From Acholeplasma laidlawii PG-8A (GTDB lineage: Bacteria; Bacillota_I; Bacilli_A; Acholeplasmatales; Acholeplasmataceae): a stretch of DNA of 32,000 nt. Location of the stretch: positions 1,464,993-1,496,992 of the forward strand of contig NC_010163.1 of the NCBI RefSeq assembly GCF_000018785.1, read 5' to 3'. This document shows positions 1-9,602 of this stretch, piece by piece (positions within the stretch are counted from its first letter, which is position 1; each line of letters opens with the position of its first letter). Both the position numbers and the translations under genes were made by a program. The notes beneath the pieces were generated by a model, which had not been told where the DNA came from, made no database searches, and was given only the letters and a program-made list of their open reading frames with translations.

Positions 1-923
1 GCCTTGATGAAATCATCAAGTTCGTCCCAACTATTTAATGCTGCACCACTTGCTTTTGCATGTCCGCCACCATTAAATAAGTTAGCAACTTTATCAATGT
101 CTGGTCCACTTGAACGTAATCTTACACGTACTAAGTCACCATCTTCTATGAATATAGCCCAAACATCAAATCCTTTAATACCTGATAGCATGTTCACTAC
201 TGAACTTGCTTCTTCATATGTAAGGTTAAATTCTTGTCTAATTTTATCTGTAATCTTTAAATAAATAAATCCCTTGTCTGTCGTTACAAAGTTTTGGTAA
301 ACAAAACCTTTGAAACGTAGCATATCTAATGTTTCATTAGACATTGCACGGTCAATTTCTTCAACATCTGCACCTTTAGTTAATAACATACCAGCCATTT
401 GGTGCGTTAATTCGGATACACCACGATATTTAAATCTACCTGTATCTGTTAAGATACCTGTATACATTGCAACCGCACCTGGTTTTGTTACTTCAAATTC
501 TTTAACTTGTGTAGACATATATGCAATCATTTGAGCACAGGATGGGAAGTTTGTATCTACCCATTCTACATCACCATAACTATCTACTGGGATGTGGTGA
601 TCAATTTTAATAATTTCTTGACCTAACATATATTTTTGATTAGAAATTCTTAATTTGTTTGCTGTATCTACTACAATTGATAAACTATCTTGATAGAAAC
701 TATCTTCTAAATTAGATTCACCTACGATAATATCTGGTGTACCTACGAAACTTACAAAATCAGAAGTTTCACCTGTTACAAATACATCCTTTTCAGGGAA
801 TGCATTTTTAATGATGTTTTGTAACCCGAATTGCGCACCATAACAGTCACCATCTGGTCTCACATGTCCATAAATTATAATTCTTTGGTATTTTTTAATT
901 TTCTTTAATATTTCTTTAAACAT
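1..923 (-). CDS. DHH/DHHA1 family phosphoesterase (NrnA-like oligoribonuclease/pAp phosphatase), 3' end truncated by window edge
   Basis: Open minus-strand frame from ATG at 923 off the left edge (absent from the ORF track because partial). Translation contains GHVRPDGDCYGAQFGL, VVDTAN, KIDHHIPVD and C-terminal FNGGGHAKASGA, the DHH/DHHA1 motifs. Confidence 0.88.
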   Translation of the reverse strand, partial: MFKEILKKIKKYQRIIIYGHVRPDGDCYGAQFGLQNIIKNAFPEKDVFVTGETSDFVSFVGTPDIIVGESNLEDSFYQDSLSIVVDTANKLRISNQKYMLGQEIIKIDHHIPVDSYGDVEWVDTNFPSCAQMIAYMSTQVKEFEVTKPGAVAMYTGILTDTGRFKYRGVSELTHQMAGMLLTKGADVEEIDRAMSNETLDMLRFKGFVYQNFVTTDKGFIYLKITDKIRQEFNLTYEEASSVVNMLSGIKGFDVWAIFIEDGDLVRVRLRSSGPDIDKVANLFNGGGHAKASGAALNSWDELDDFIK

Positions 924-1860
924 TACTTTCTACCATCCTTTCATCAAAACATTGTACGACCTCTAATGCTTGTTCCCAGCTATGAAGTGTTGCGCCACAT
1001 GCATTAGCATGACCACCACCACCAAATTTTTTAGCAATGTCTACAATTGAGACGTCTTTACTTCTAAATTCACCAATGATTTCGCCTTTTTCGTTTTCAC
1101 TGAAATTTGCCCAAATACGCACTTCTTTAATACCAGCCATAATGTTTACCGTACCACGGGAAACATCTTGGAAGGTTAAACCTGATTCGCTAATTGATTT
1201 AAAATCATTAAATCTATACGCTACATTGTGATCTGATAAACTAAAACTTCTAAACTTTTCTTTAGCCATGCGTTTTGCAAGTGTTTCAAGTTGTTGAAAA
1301 TCACTTAAACTTTGTAGATCAATATCGTATTCCATTAAGCGAGCTACGACATCAAATGTATGCTTCGCATTTTGTTTGCTGATATATTGGAAACGACCAC
1401 TATCACCAACAATACCTGCATAAATATGAGATGCAGCCATATCGTTAAATCTTAGATTACCTTTAATCGCAATCTCGCCAATCATTTGACTACATGAAAT
1501 TAAATCTGGCCTATGGTAAAACAGATCAGGATTGATATTTGAGTCATTTCTATGATGATCTATATTAATAAGTGTTTTGCCTAATTTGTAACGTGTATCG
1601 GATATCAGCGCCTCTGCAGCTGTATCTAAAACAAATACGAGTGCGCCTTCATAGACTGAATCATCAATGACATCCATTGTATGTTCGTATGGGTATTGCT
1701 GTGTATCACCTACAACATAAACCGTTTTGTCTTTAAAGTTTTCTCTGATAATTTCTTTCAAACCGAGTTGTGATCCATAAGCATCTAGATCTGGTTGTTT
1801 GTGTCTGTGAATAATAATTGTTGAGTGGTTCTGTATTTCTTTTATAATTTGATTTTCCAT
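916..1860 (-). CDS. DHH/DHHA1 family phosphoesterase (NrnA-like), tandem paralog of the downstream gene
   Basis: RHKQPDLDAYGSQLGL, DTAAEAL, NIDHHRND and KFGGGGHANACGA motifs; overlaps the start of the next gene by 8 bp. Confidence 0.88.
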   Translation of the reverse strand: MENQIIKEIQNHSTIIIHRHKQPDLDAYGSQLGLKEIIRENFKDKTVYVVGDTQQYPYEHTMDVIDDSVYEGALVFVLDTAAEALISDTRYKLGKTLINIDHHRNDSNINPDLFYHRPDLISCSQMIGEIAIKGNLRFNDMAASHIYAGIVGDSGRFQYISKQNAKHTFDVVARLMEYDIDLQSLSDFQQLETLAKRMAKEKFRSFSLSDHNVAYRFNDFKSISESGLTFQDVSRGTVNIMAGIKEVRIWANFSENEKGEIIGEFRSKDVSIVDIAKKFGGGGHANACGATLHSWEQALEVVQCFDERMVESNV

Positions 1861-1943
1861 ATAATCCTACCTAAATTTAGAATAGTATAGTATAACATAT
1901 ATTGACTAATATTACGATATAAAAACGCTAATTTGATAATAAA

Positions 1944-1978
1944 AACCACTTAATACTACAATTTAATTTTAAGTGGTT
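1944..1978 (-). terminator. Intrinsic terminator downstream of the 2004-3218 gene
   Basis: Inverted repeat AACCACTTA (1944-1952) / TAAGTGGTT (1970-1978), followed by a T-rich run on the minus strand. Confidence 0.6.
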
Positions 1979-2003
1979 TCATTGTGTTAAAATAATGTTA
2001 TTT

Positions 2004-3218
2004 TTACCAAGGTAATGGATTATGTGGTTCCCAAGTTGGGTTTGTCGTTGCTAATCCACCAGTACCATTGTTTGCTTGATAATTCCAGTCTGGAGATTTT
2101 TCTCCATCTGGATTTCCTGGATATCCATGCATAGCCCATCCTTGAGATCTTGCATATTCTTCTGCAAACTTTAAGAATGTTAGATATGGAACATCTTTGT
2201 ATGTTAAAAGGGTATCATAATTGCTAAATGTAAGAGGGACATCGTCTGATAAACCTTCTTTAACAATCAAGAATTGTGATAAGTGACCATTAATCCATAC
2301 TAAACCTAGATTACGTCCATTGCCCTCTTGTAGTGCATAGCCCGGAATAGATTGAACAATGATTTCTTTACTTGTTGCATCATTTAACAGATATTCTTTA
2401 TTGAATTTACTTGCAACATATCCCCATGGTGCAGCAATTACATAAGCACCATTAACTTCTGGTGTATCAATATAAAAGTATCTCATTGAACCACCAGGAT
2501 AGCCATTTCCAGCACGAAATGTTGCTGTATCACCATCAGCAATACTTTGAAGTGTAACAAGTGCAGTACCACCTCCACCTACAGTTGGGTTTGTAGGATC
2601 AACATAATCTAGATCATGATATCTTTCTTCTAGTCTTGGTCCTTCAAGTAATTGTTCTAATGTTTTAATTTGGTATAACTCATTTTTTAGATAATTAAAA
2701 GCTTCTGGTTTGTAACTAATAAATTTGTACGCTGTGTAGCTTGCATCTGGTTTAAATTCTGCAGGATTACCAAGTCTAATCATGGTTTGATTTCTTGAAA
2801 AATCTAGATCCATTCCAATGGTACCTACTAAGTCATGTGCCTTACCAGATACTCTTAATTCGATTGCGTCATTACCGTTAAACGGTAATGGACCATCTTC
2901 ATAAGTAAAATCAATTAGTGGTTTTACTGAAGATATGGTTTGTTGATTACTTCCAATAACGAAATATCCTTTGGCTGCGATTTCACCAGTTAATTTAATT
3001 TTTACAGATACTTCTTCAGAACCATTTGAATAAAAATATAATTCATGATTGCTTAACTTAACTACTTCTTCACTTGGGTTATATAATTCAAGTAAATTAT
3101 CGCTTTGATAAGCCGTTGTATATACTTTTGAAATCACTACATCAGATGTTGCGCTATCACATGATACAAGTATGAATGCTGCAAATACTAATATAAATAT
3201 ACTTAATTTTTTTAACAT
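2004..3218 (-). CDS. Secreted lipoprotein with N-terminal lamin-tail-like (LTD) domain and C-terminal staphylococcal-nuclease-like (SNase) domain
   Basis: Lipobox FILVSC; VVISKVYTTAYQSDNLLELYNPS resembles LTD; DGDTATFR...MRYFYIDTPEV...APWGYVASKF...NGRNLGLVWINGHLSQFLIVKEGL matches the SNase core pattern. Confidence 0.8.
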   Translation of the reverse strand: MLKKLSIFILVFAAFILVSCDSATSDVVISKVYTTAYQSDNLLELYNPSEEVVKLSNHELYFYSNGSEEVSVKIKLTGEIAAKGYFVIGSNQQTISSVKPLIDFTYEDGPLPFNGNDAIELRVSGKAHDLVGTIGMDLDFSRNQTMIRLGNPAEFKPDASYTAYKFISYKPEAFNYLKNELYQIKTLEQLLEGPRLEERYHDLDYVDPTNPTVGGGGTALVTLQSIADGDTATFRAGNGYPGGSMRYFYIDTPEVNGAYVIAAPWGYVASKFNKEYLLNDATSKEIIVQSIPGYALQEGNGRNLGLVWINGHLSQFLIVKEGLSDDVPLTFSNYDTLLTYKDVPYLTFLKFAEEYARSQGWAMHGYPGNPDGEKSPDWNYQANNGTGGLATTNPTWEPHNPLPW

Positions 3219-3231
3219 ATATTGCTTCCCC

Positions 3232-4164
3232 TTACATTTCTTTGTTATGTTTTATTGCTTCTATTTCCTGTCTTTGAAGTTCTTTTTTTGCGCTACGCTT
3301 TAGTTTATATCTTGTATATACTTCTTTATGGAAAAAGATAAAGTATGTTAGTGGTATCACTACAAGTAGCAGTAATGAAATATTTATTAGATATAAACTG
3401 TTTAATTTGTTTAGTTTACTGATTAAAGTAGCATCATAATATAAATTTATATTATTTTTGATATCACTAAGCGATTCATCTGATAAAAATTTAATTTCAT
3501 CGGATGTAATAAACTTGATATCTCTTTGATAAGTGTTGCTAAATTTATCAGGGATTTGATTTACTAAATCAGAATTATATAAAGTGACTAACTCTCTACT
3601 AAAATAATTAATATCATCATATGCAATGTGAATGGATTCAAATGAAATAGTTGATTCCGCTTTTAGTCTATCAAAATTAATAAGCAATAACTTTGAAGTA
3701 TCATCATAGAGTGTGATGAAGGTTTCTTCAAATGTTTGTTTATTCGTTTGTCCAATAGTGATTTCTTGATTAAATTTGATAGTTGCACGAATTGTGCTAT
3801 AGTCATCTTCATCTTTTAACAGTGATGTATCTGTTATATTTAGATCCCTTATTAAGATAGCTAGAGAATGCTCATAGGATCTTAAATTTTCAGCAACTTT
3901 ATAAATGTATAGACCCACTTCATCTTCACCATCTATAAAATGTTGTTCATAAAGCGGCTCTTTAAAGATAATAGCATTGGTTCCATCACCTCTATTAGCA
4001 ACCAGTGTTGCAGCAAGTAACTTTACATTGTTATCTTCTACCTCACTTTGTAGTGATTGTAGAAACTCTACACGTTTTTGCGCTTCTGTATATAAAGAAA
4101 CCATGAATGTTGCCATACCAATAAAAATGATGTATAGAATTATAAAAAACCAGTTTTTTGTCAT
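3232..4164 (-). CDS. Uncharacterised membrane protein: two TM helices flanking a ~220-aa extracytoplasmic region
   Basis: N-terminal TM WFFIILYIIFIGMATFMVSL and C-terminal TM LYLINISLLLLVVIPLTYFIFF, then a basic tail. Only 13 bp upstream of the LTD-SNase gene. Confidence 0.6.
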   Translation of the reverse strand: MTKNWFFIILYIIFIGMATFMVSLYTEAQKRVEFLQSLQSEVEDNNVKLLAATLVANRGDGTNAIIFKEPLYEQHFIDGEDEVGLYIYKVAENLRSYEHSLAILIRDLNITDTSLLKDEDDYSTIRATIKFNQEITIGQTNKQTFEETFITLYDDTSKLLLINFDRLKAESTISFESIHIAYDDINYFSRELVTLYNSDLVNQIPDKFSNTYQRDIKFITSDEIKFLSDESLSDIKNNINLYYDATLISKLNKLNSLYLINISLLLLVVIPLTYFIFFHKEVYTRYKLKRSAKKELQRQEIEAIKHNKEM

Positions 4165-4287
4165 AGATTTATCCTTAAATGTAAGCTACTTAATGTCTTT
4201 TAATTATATAATAAATTACGTATTTTTTCAATTTATTATATGTTTTATAACTAATATGTTTGAATTTCTATATTTTAGAAAAGAAAA

Positions 4288-4318
4288 GCCTATGCTTCAT
4301 TCTTAAAGAAGCATAGGC
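4288..4318 (-). terminator. Strong intrinsic terminator after the Ig-like lipoprotein gene
   Basis: Perfect 11-bp stem GCCTATGCTTC (4288-4298) / GAAGCATAGGC (4308-4318), followed by TTTTCTTTTCT on the minus strand; U-rich on the other strand too. Confidence 0.85.
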
Positions 4319-4369
4319 TCTAATTTTTTATCACTTTATACTTACTATATTACTATGAAATATAAATAA

Positions 4370-7123
4370 TTAATTAAGTACGTAAATCTTTAGGTTATCT
4401 ACACCAATAGCATAAGCTGTGTTTGAAGTTGATGATGCAGCTGGTGCTTCATATACTAATCTATATGTTCCGCCACCTGTAATTTCGATAGATACGTTTG
4501 TTAATGCGTCTTTAGTTAATTGACCAAATACGTTATCACCAACTGTTACCCAATTTTCACCTTCAAGTTTTTCAACTCTTACTGATGAACCTGCTAATCC
4601 TACAGTTTGATCAAAGTTATTTTGATTCCATGCAGCAAAGTCAAATTCTATCTTTGATGCGTTTGCATAAGCTGCTGCAGTTAAGTCGAATTCAACATAA
4701 GATAGTTTAAATGTAGAAATTGGTGCTAATACTAGGAATGCTGCACTGTCAGCCCAAGGAGCAAAAGTACTTGTGTTAATTTGTACTCTATCTTTGTCTA
4801 GTGTAAATGCATCACCATTTGTATTAGAGAATGCTAATGTTCCAGCCGCATAACCTGTAACAGGTGATGGACCAAAATCAAATGTGTAAGCTACAGTTTC
4901 AACTGCTGCTTCAGCTTTTACAGTGATTTCAAACACTTTAGTGTCTGTTGCTTCACCATTTGTTAAAGCTGCTGTTAATGTAACTACAGTATCAGCTGCT
5001 GGTTTAGTGTATGTACCATCGTTGCCTAAAACTTCTGGATGTGATGATGTCCATACTACAGTTGTACCGTTTGCTAGTGTAACAGGTAATGATAATGATT
5101 CTAGTGTTGTTGCCGGTAATTCTAATAATAGTTTGTCTAATGCTAATTCTTCTGCATCAGTTAAGATTGGTGATTCACCTTCAGTAACTTGAGCTGCAGC
5201 ATGAATACCAATTGCACCATTATTTGATCTCCAAGTTAATAAAGCATTAGTAAATGACACATAATCACCAACTTTTAAGCCCTTAATAAAGTCAGATGAA
5301 CCAACTAGTGGTTGTCTTGAATCCCAGTAGAATCTAATTGTCTTTAATGTTACTTCATCTTCTAAGATTAATTCAACGTTACCGTAATCATTAGCGATAA
5401 CTTCTTTTACCTTTAAGTTAGCAACTGAAACTAGATTTGATTGGAATGGTAATAGACTTTCTGCATCCCATAAAGTGATTGTTCTTAGGTCTGTAGCTTC
5501 TGGCATTGTACCATCTAATTCTAAATCAGTAACTTCTGGACTACCTAATTGAATTAATCCACTAAATACTGTTCTAGTACCAATGATTTGAACTTGTTTA
5601 CCAACTAATAATGCTAGGTCAGCTGCTGCCCCTACTGAAGCATATACAGTGATTGCACCAGTACCATCAGCGATAGAAATTTGTCTATGAGCGTTGTAAC
5701 CTAATACAGTACCAGTAATCATAAATTTATAAGTATTAACTGTAGCTTCTAAAACTTCTGCAATTGTAGATGGAGCAACTTCGCCCACTCTAATTGTGAA
5801 TTCTTTAGTAGCTGAAGCCTCGCCTAATGTTAATGTAGCAACTAATTTAACATCTTTTTGACCAGATGTTGGAAGTGTTACCTTACCATCAGCTAAGTTA
5901 ATTAATGCGTTGTTTGCATCTTCTGCATCTTTGAATGACCAAGCGATATTTACTTCATCAGATTTATTAGCTAATGTTAATGTTTGATCTGCTTTGTAAA
6001 CTTCAACTGGTAATTTAAGTGCGTTTTTAGCAACGTCAACTTTTTGTGATTCATTTAAGTTTGCAGTAATACCTGATGGTCCACCTACATAGTAAACAGC
6101 AAATGCTAAGTTATTTGATCTGTATGTATAAATCACTACATCCATTTCAACTTCAAAGCCTGCAAAACTACGTACGTAAGGGAAATCAGCTGTTCCGTAA
6201 TAGAACATAAAGCCGCTTGCAGGAACACCTGGTTCACCTAATACTAATGCAGATTTAGCTGCATCAATAATGTAAGTATTGTAGTTACCTGAATCGCCTT
6301 CAATCATGAAGATATTACCTTTAACAGTTGCATAAATTGGTTCAAAGTTTCCATCAGAAACAGCTGGATAATTATGTTCGCCTGCTGTTGTTAATTCACT
6401 GATCTTAGAATCAACACTGTTAACAGTTTCTTTAGTTGGATATTGTGGCGTTGCAGATGCTTTTTCAACACCTGTAGATTTCACTAATTCCCAAATACCG
6501 AAGTACCATTCTAAAGCACCAGTAACATCGTATACTTTACCAACTTCGAAAGTTGTTTGGCTGTTGAATAATTGAATAATACCTGTTCCATCATAACCAA
6601 AGTAAACATCACCTTTTGCAAAGATTGTTACATTTGGAATAGTTACAGTATATTCGCCACCATCATAAGCTTCATCTCTGATCGCTAGGATATCAGCAAT
6701 TGTTTCAATTTCGATTTCTTCAACTGTATTTTCTTTAATTGTTAATGTTTTTTCCCATTTCTTCTCTAAGATTTCATCAGAAATTTCTGATTTTAATTTT
6801 AAAGTAGCTGTGATTTTAACAGTTGCATCGCCTTGACCTTTAGCTGGACGGTTAACAGTTGCAGTAACTTCATTGTTAACAGCAGTTCCAAATGATACAA
6901 CACCTGGATTATCTGATGTCCATACAGCTTCGATCCCACCAGCAAGCATGCTTGGTACAACGAAGTTTGATGTAATATTAGATGGATCACTGATTAAAAT
7001 GTCCATACCTGCATGGGCTGTATCTAATTTAGCTATAGCCCCATCTTCCTTAGCTGTTGGTCCACAAGCCACTAGGACTAAACCAACAAGTAAGATTGCA
7101 ATAAAACTTAATATTTTTTTCAT
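4370..7123 (-). CDS. Large surface lipoprotein with repeated atrophied bacterial Ig-like domains, OB-fold-like segments and a C-terminal beta-rich module
   Basis: Lipobox LVGLVLVACG. Repeated VWTS..P.V...VTLTAxL..G.A...F.ITV patterns (about aa 45-135, 405-505, 725-800). OB-like segments (NVTIFAKGDVYFGYDGTGIIQLF; ITGTVLGYNAHRQISIADGTGAITVYA). C-terminal YTFDFG...YAIGVDNLKIYV. Confidence 0.75.
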   Translation of the reverse strand: MKKILSFIAILLVGLVLVACGPTAKEDGAIAKLDTAHAGMDILISDPSNITSNFVVPSMLAGGIEAVWTSDNPGVVSFGTAVNNEVTATVNRPAKGQGDATVKITATLKLKSEISDEILEKKWEKTLTIKENTVEEIEIETIADILAIRDEAYDGGEYTVTIPNVTIFAKGDVYFGYDGTGIIQLFNSQTTFEVGKVYDVTGALEWYFGIWELVKSTGVEKASATPQYPTKETVNSVDSKISELTTAGEHNYPAVSDGNFEPIYATVKGNIFMIEGDSGNYNTYIIDAAKSALVLGEPGVPASGFMFYYGTADFPYVRSFAGFEVEMDVVIYTYRSNNLAFAVYYVGGPSGITANLNESQKVDVAKNALKLPVEVYKADQTLTLANKSDEVNIAWSFKDAEDANNALINLADGKVTLPTSGQKDVKLVATLTLGEASATKEFTIRVGEVAPSTIAEVLEATVNTYKFMITGTVLGYNAHRQISIADGTGAITVYASVGAAADLALLVGKQVQIIGTRTVFSGLIQLGSPEVTDLELDGTMPEATDLRTITLWDAESLLPFQSNLVSVANLKVKEVIANDYGNVELILEDEVTLKTIRFYWDSRQPLVGSSDFIKGLKVGDYVSFTNALLTWRSNNGAIGIHAAAQVTEGESPILTDAEELALDKLLLELPATTLESLSLPVTLANGTTVVWTSSHPEVLGNDGTYTKPAADTVVTLTAALTNGEATDTKVFEITVKAEAAVETVAYTFDFGPSPVTGYAAGTLAFSNTNGDAFTLDKDRVQINTSTFAPWADSAAFLVLAPISTFKLSYVEFDLTAAAYANASKIEFDFAAWNQNNFDQTVGLAGSSVRVEKLEGENWVTVGDNVFGQLTKDALTNVSIEITGGGTYRLVYEAPAASSTSNTAYAIGVDNLKIYVLN

Positions 7124-7166
7124 GTATTTTCTCTCCTTTTAGATTTTTGTAAATAGCATGAATAAA

Positions 7167-8624
7167 TCAATTGGTAATAAAGTTATAAGTGTTTTGGTAT
7201 TCTCTATCAATATATGTATTTAAATCTTCTGCACTTGTTGCTTTATAAGAGAATATTTTTACTAATAATGGACCAACTTCAGTTCTTGTTTTGGAACTTA
7301 AATTGAATACTGCCGAAGTAAAGAAGATGTCACCATTATTTCTAAACATATCAATTGCTTCTTTAACAAGTTTGTTTTGTGCTTCTGCTAATGTAGTTGG
7401 GTTTTCTTTAATACCTGCTACATACTTTGTCCATGTTTCTGTTTCATAAGCAGAATAACGGATTGGTGCATACCCTGAAGGGATAGCATACTCAGCTGTT
7501 TTCTCTGCTGAAATCATATATTTAGCAAATAACCAAGCAGCGATCATACGTTGTTCATTATCTTGTTTGAATAAGTTAATGTTAGGTCCTTGTTGAATTT
7601 GAGCACGTTCTTTACCTTCAAAGTGAGGAAGTGGTGCAACTCCAACGCGAACACCTTTATTAAATGATGATGCATCATATGCATATCTTGTACCACCAGT
7701 TGAACCTACATACATGTATAGTTTTTCACCATTCTTGAAGATGTCAGATGTAAATGCTTCAGCATTTAATGTTCTAGTTAACATTAGGTTTTTATCTACT
7801 TTATCTTTAAAGTATTTGATCATTTCTTTAGATTGAGCATTGTTAAATAATACTTCGCCACGTCCGGTTTCTGCATTATAACCTGTGTATGGAGCACCCC
7901 ATTGTTTTGATCCAGTGATAAACATGTTATCTTCTGAGTCATAACCAAATGGAATAGCTTCTGGTTCACGGGATTTAATATCTTGTGCAATCTCAAATAG
8001 TGTTTCCCATGTTAGACCAGCTTCTACAAGTTCTGTATATGTTTTACCATTTAATGAATGTTGGTCAAAGTATGTCTTGTTATAGAAGAAACCTTCACTT
8101 GATTTTGTAAATGGTAAAGATAATATTGTACCTTCATTATCATATGAAGTACCTTCAGCCCATAGAGATGGTAAGAAGTCTTCTAATTCCTCTTCAGAGT
8201 ATCCTAGTGTTGGATGGCTAATGAAGTTGTTTAATGCTAGAGGTGCTTTAGCAATCGCGTAACGAGAAATGTGGTCTGGATAACTCTCTGCAATATCTGG
8301 TGTGTTACCAGCAGGAATTGATAAACTCACTTTCTCAGCTAATTGATTGTAGTCTGCTCCAGCTTTTGTTAGTACAACAGTAATATTTGGATACATTTCT
8401 TTAAATTCTGCAACCCACTTGGTCACCATTTCTTCATTTGCTGCACCCATTCTGTGCCAGAAATGAATTGTTACTGGTGTTTCGGTATCAAACTCTGTAT
8501 CTGGTGATAATTCATACCACTCAACAAGTTTTCCACCACCACCTTGTCCACGTTCACCACCAATACAAGCTACTAAGGTGAATGTGAAAGCAACCATGAT
8601 AATGCTTAGTAATATTTTTTTCAT
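7167..8624 (-). CDS. Carbohydrate ABC transporter substrate-binding lipoprotein
   Basis: Lipobox FTLVAC; TIHFWHRMGAANEEMVTKWVAEFKEMYPNITV...NTPDIAESYPD; adjacent to two sugar-type permeases. Confidence 0.9.
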   Translation of the reverse strand: MKKILLSIIMVAFTFTLVACIGGERGQGGGGKLVEWYELSPDTEFDTETPVTIHFWHRMGAANEEMVTKWVAEFKEMYPNITVVLTKAGADYNQLAEKVSLSIPAGNTPDIAESYPDHISRYAIAKAPLALNNFISHPTLGYSEEELEDFLPSLWAEGTSYDNEGTILSLPFTKSSEGFFYNKTYFDQHSLNGKTYTELVEAGLTWETLFEIAQDIKSREPEAIPFGYDSEDNMFITGSKQWGAPYTGYNAETGRGEVLFNNAQSKEMIKYFKDKVDKNLMLTRTLNAEAFTSDIFKNGEKLYMYVGSTGGTRYAYDASSFNKGVRVGVAPLPHFEGKERAQIQQGPNINLFKQDNEQRMIAAWLFAKYMISAEKTAEYAIPSGYAPIRYSAYETETWTKYVAGIKENPTTLAEAQNKLVKEAIDMFRNNGDIFFTSAVFNLSSKTRTEVGPLLVKIFSYKATSAEDLNTYIDREYQNTYNFITN

Positions 8625-8655
8625 GTCTTTCTCCTTTTAAAAATTAATTTGGCTT

Positions 8656-9591
8656 TTAACCTTTTACTCCCGATCTAGAAACACCACTCATAATATACTT
8701 TCTAAAGAAAATAAATAAGAGTAATAATGGTACTGTAACAATTACTGTTGCAGCCATTTGATAGTTTAATAATGGGCGACCTACACCTGATTCTGCTTGG
8801 TCAATAAATGAACCTCTTAACCATGTAGTTACTAAACGGTATTCCTCGTGAGCAACTAAGTTTGGCCAAATATAAGCATTCCATGTTCCCATTAACTTTA
8901 AGATAACAATAGTAATGATAGATGATTTAGCCATAGGTACCATAACACGTACTAAGTATTTGAAATCACCACAACCATCTACTTTTGCTGCATAATATAA
9001 TTCGTTAGGTATTTGCTTAAATGTCTGTCTTAATAAATAAATATGGAAGATTGAGACCATAAATGGCACAATCATCGCTAAGTAGGAGCCAACGCCTTGG
9101 GCATCTACCCACCCAAATTTGGCTACTGTTACAAAGTTAGAAATAACCATCATTTCGCCAGGGATCATCATTGTTGCAAGTAAGATCGTGAAGATTAAGT
9201 CTTTACCTTTAAAGTTTAATCTTGCAAGCGCGAACGCAACGATAATCGAGAATATTGTTCCACCAACAGTTGAGAATACTGCGACTACAAGTGTGTTGGT
9301 TAAATATCTAGGGAAATTAATGTTGGTTGTGCTTGATGTATAAAAGAATACGTTGATATAGTTTTTAGGTGAGAAATCTTTAGGGAATAAACTCACGTTA
9401 AGGGAGTTTAATACCTCATCAGTGCCTTGTAACGATACGTTTAACATCCAATAGAATGGGATGATTACTATAATTGACATAATTGCCAAGAATAAGTATA
9501 TACCGAATTTACCTAAGAAGGTTGCTGATTTTTGAGCTTTAAGTTTTTGGTTGACTTTATAATCAACTTTAAAATTTGCGTTTGCTGTCAT
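8656..9591 (-). CDS. Carbohydrate ABC transporter permease (MalG/UgpE-like)
   Basis: Multi-TM protein with the EAA-type loop AAKVDGCGDFKYLVRVMVPMAKSSI. Confidence 0.92.
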   Translation of the reverse strand: MTANANFKVDYKVNQKLKAQKSATFLGKFGIYLFLAIMSIIVIIPFYWMLNVSLQGTDEVLNSLNVSLFPKDFSPKNYINVFFYTSSTTNINFPRYLTNTLVVAVFSTVGGTIFSIIVAFALARLNFKGKDLIFTILLATMMIPGEMMVISNFVTVAKFGWVDAQGVGSYLAMIVPFMVSIFHIYLLRQTFKQIPNELYYAAKVDGCGDFKYLVRVMVPMAKSSIITIVILKLMGTWNAYIWPNLVAHEEYRLVTTWLRGSFIDQAESGVGRPLLNYQMAATVIVTVPLLLLFIFFRKYIMSGVSRSGVKG

Positions 9592-9602
9592 TTTTGTCCT
9601 CC

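Noticed and set aside
4-534. Plus-strand ORFs 4..264 and 310..534
   Set aside because: Antisense to the partial DHH phosphoesterase frame, no RBS or family motifs.
4923-5192. Plus-strand ORF, with similar ones at 1037, 3977, 6873, 9119, 10099, 11457, 16919, 17829, 22775 and 27957, and minus-strand ORFs 6799..6990 and 14543..14728
   Set aside because: Several of these labels may carry ambiguous strand, but all lie within well-supported coding genes, have low-information composition and lack recognisable motifs.
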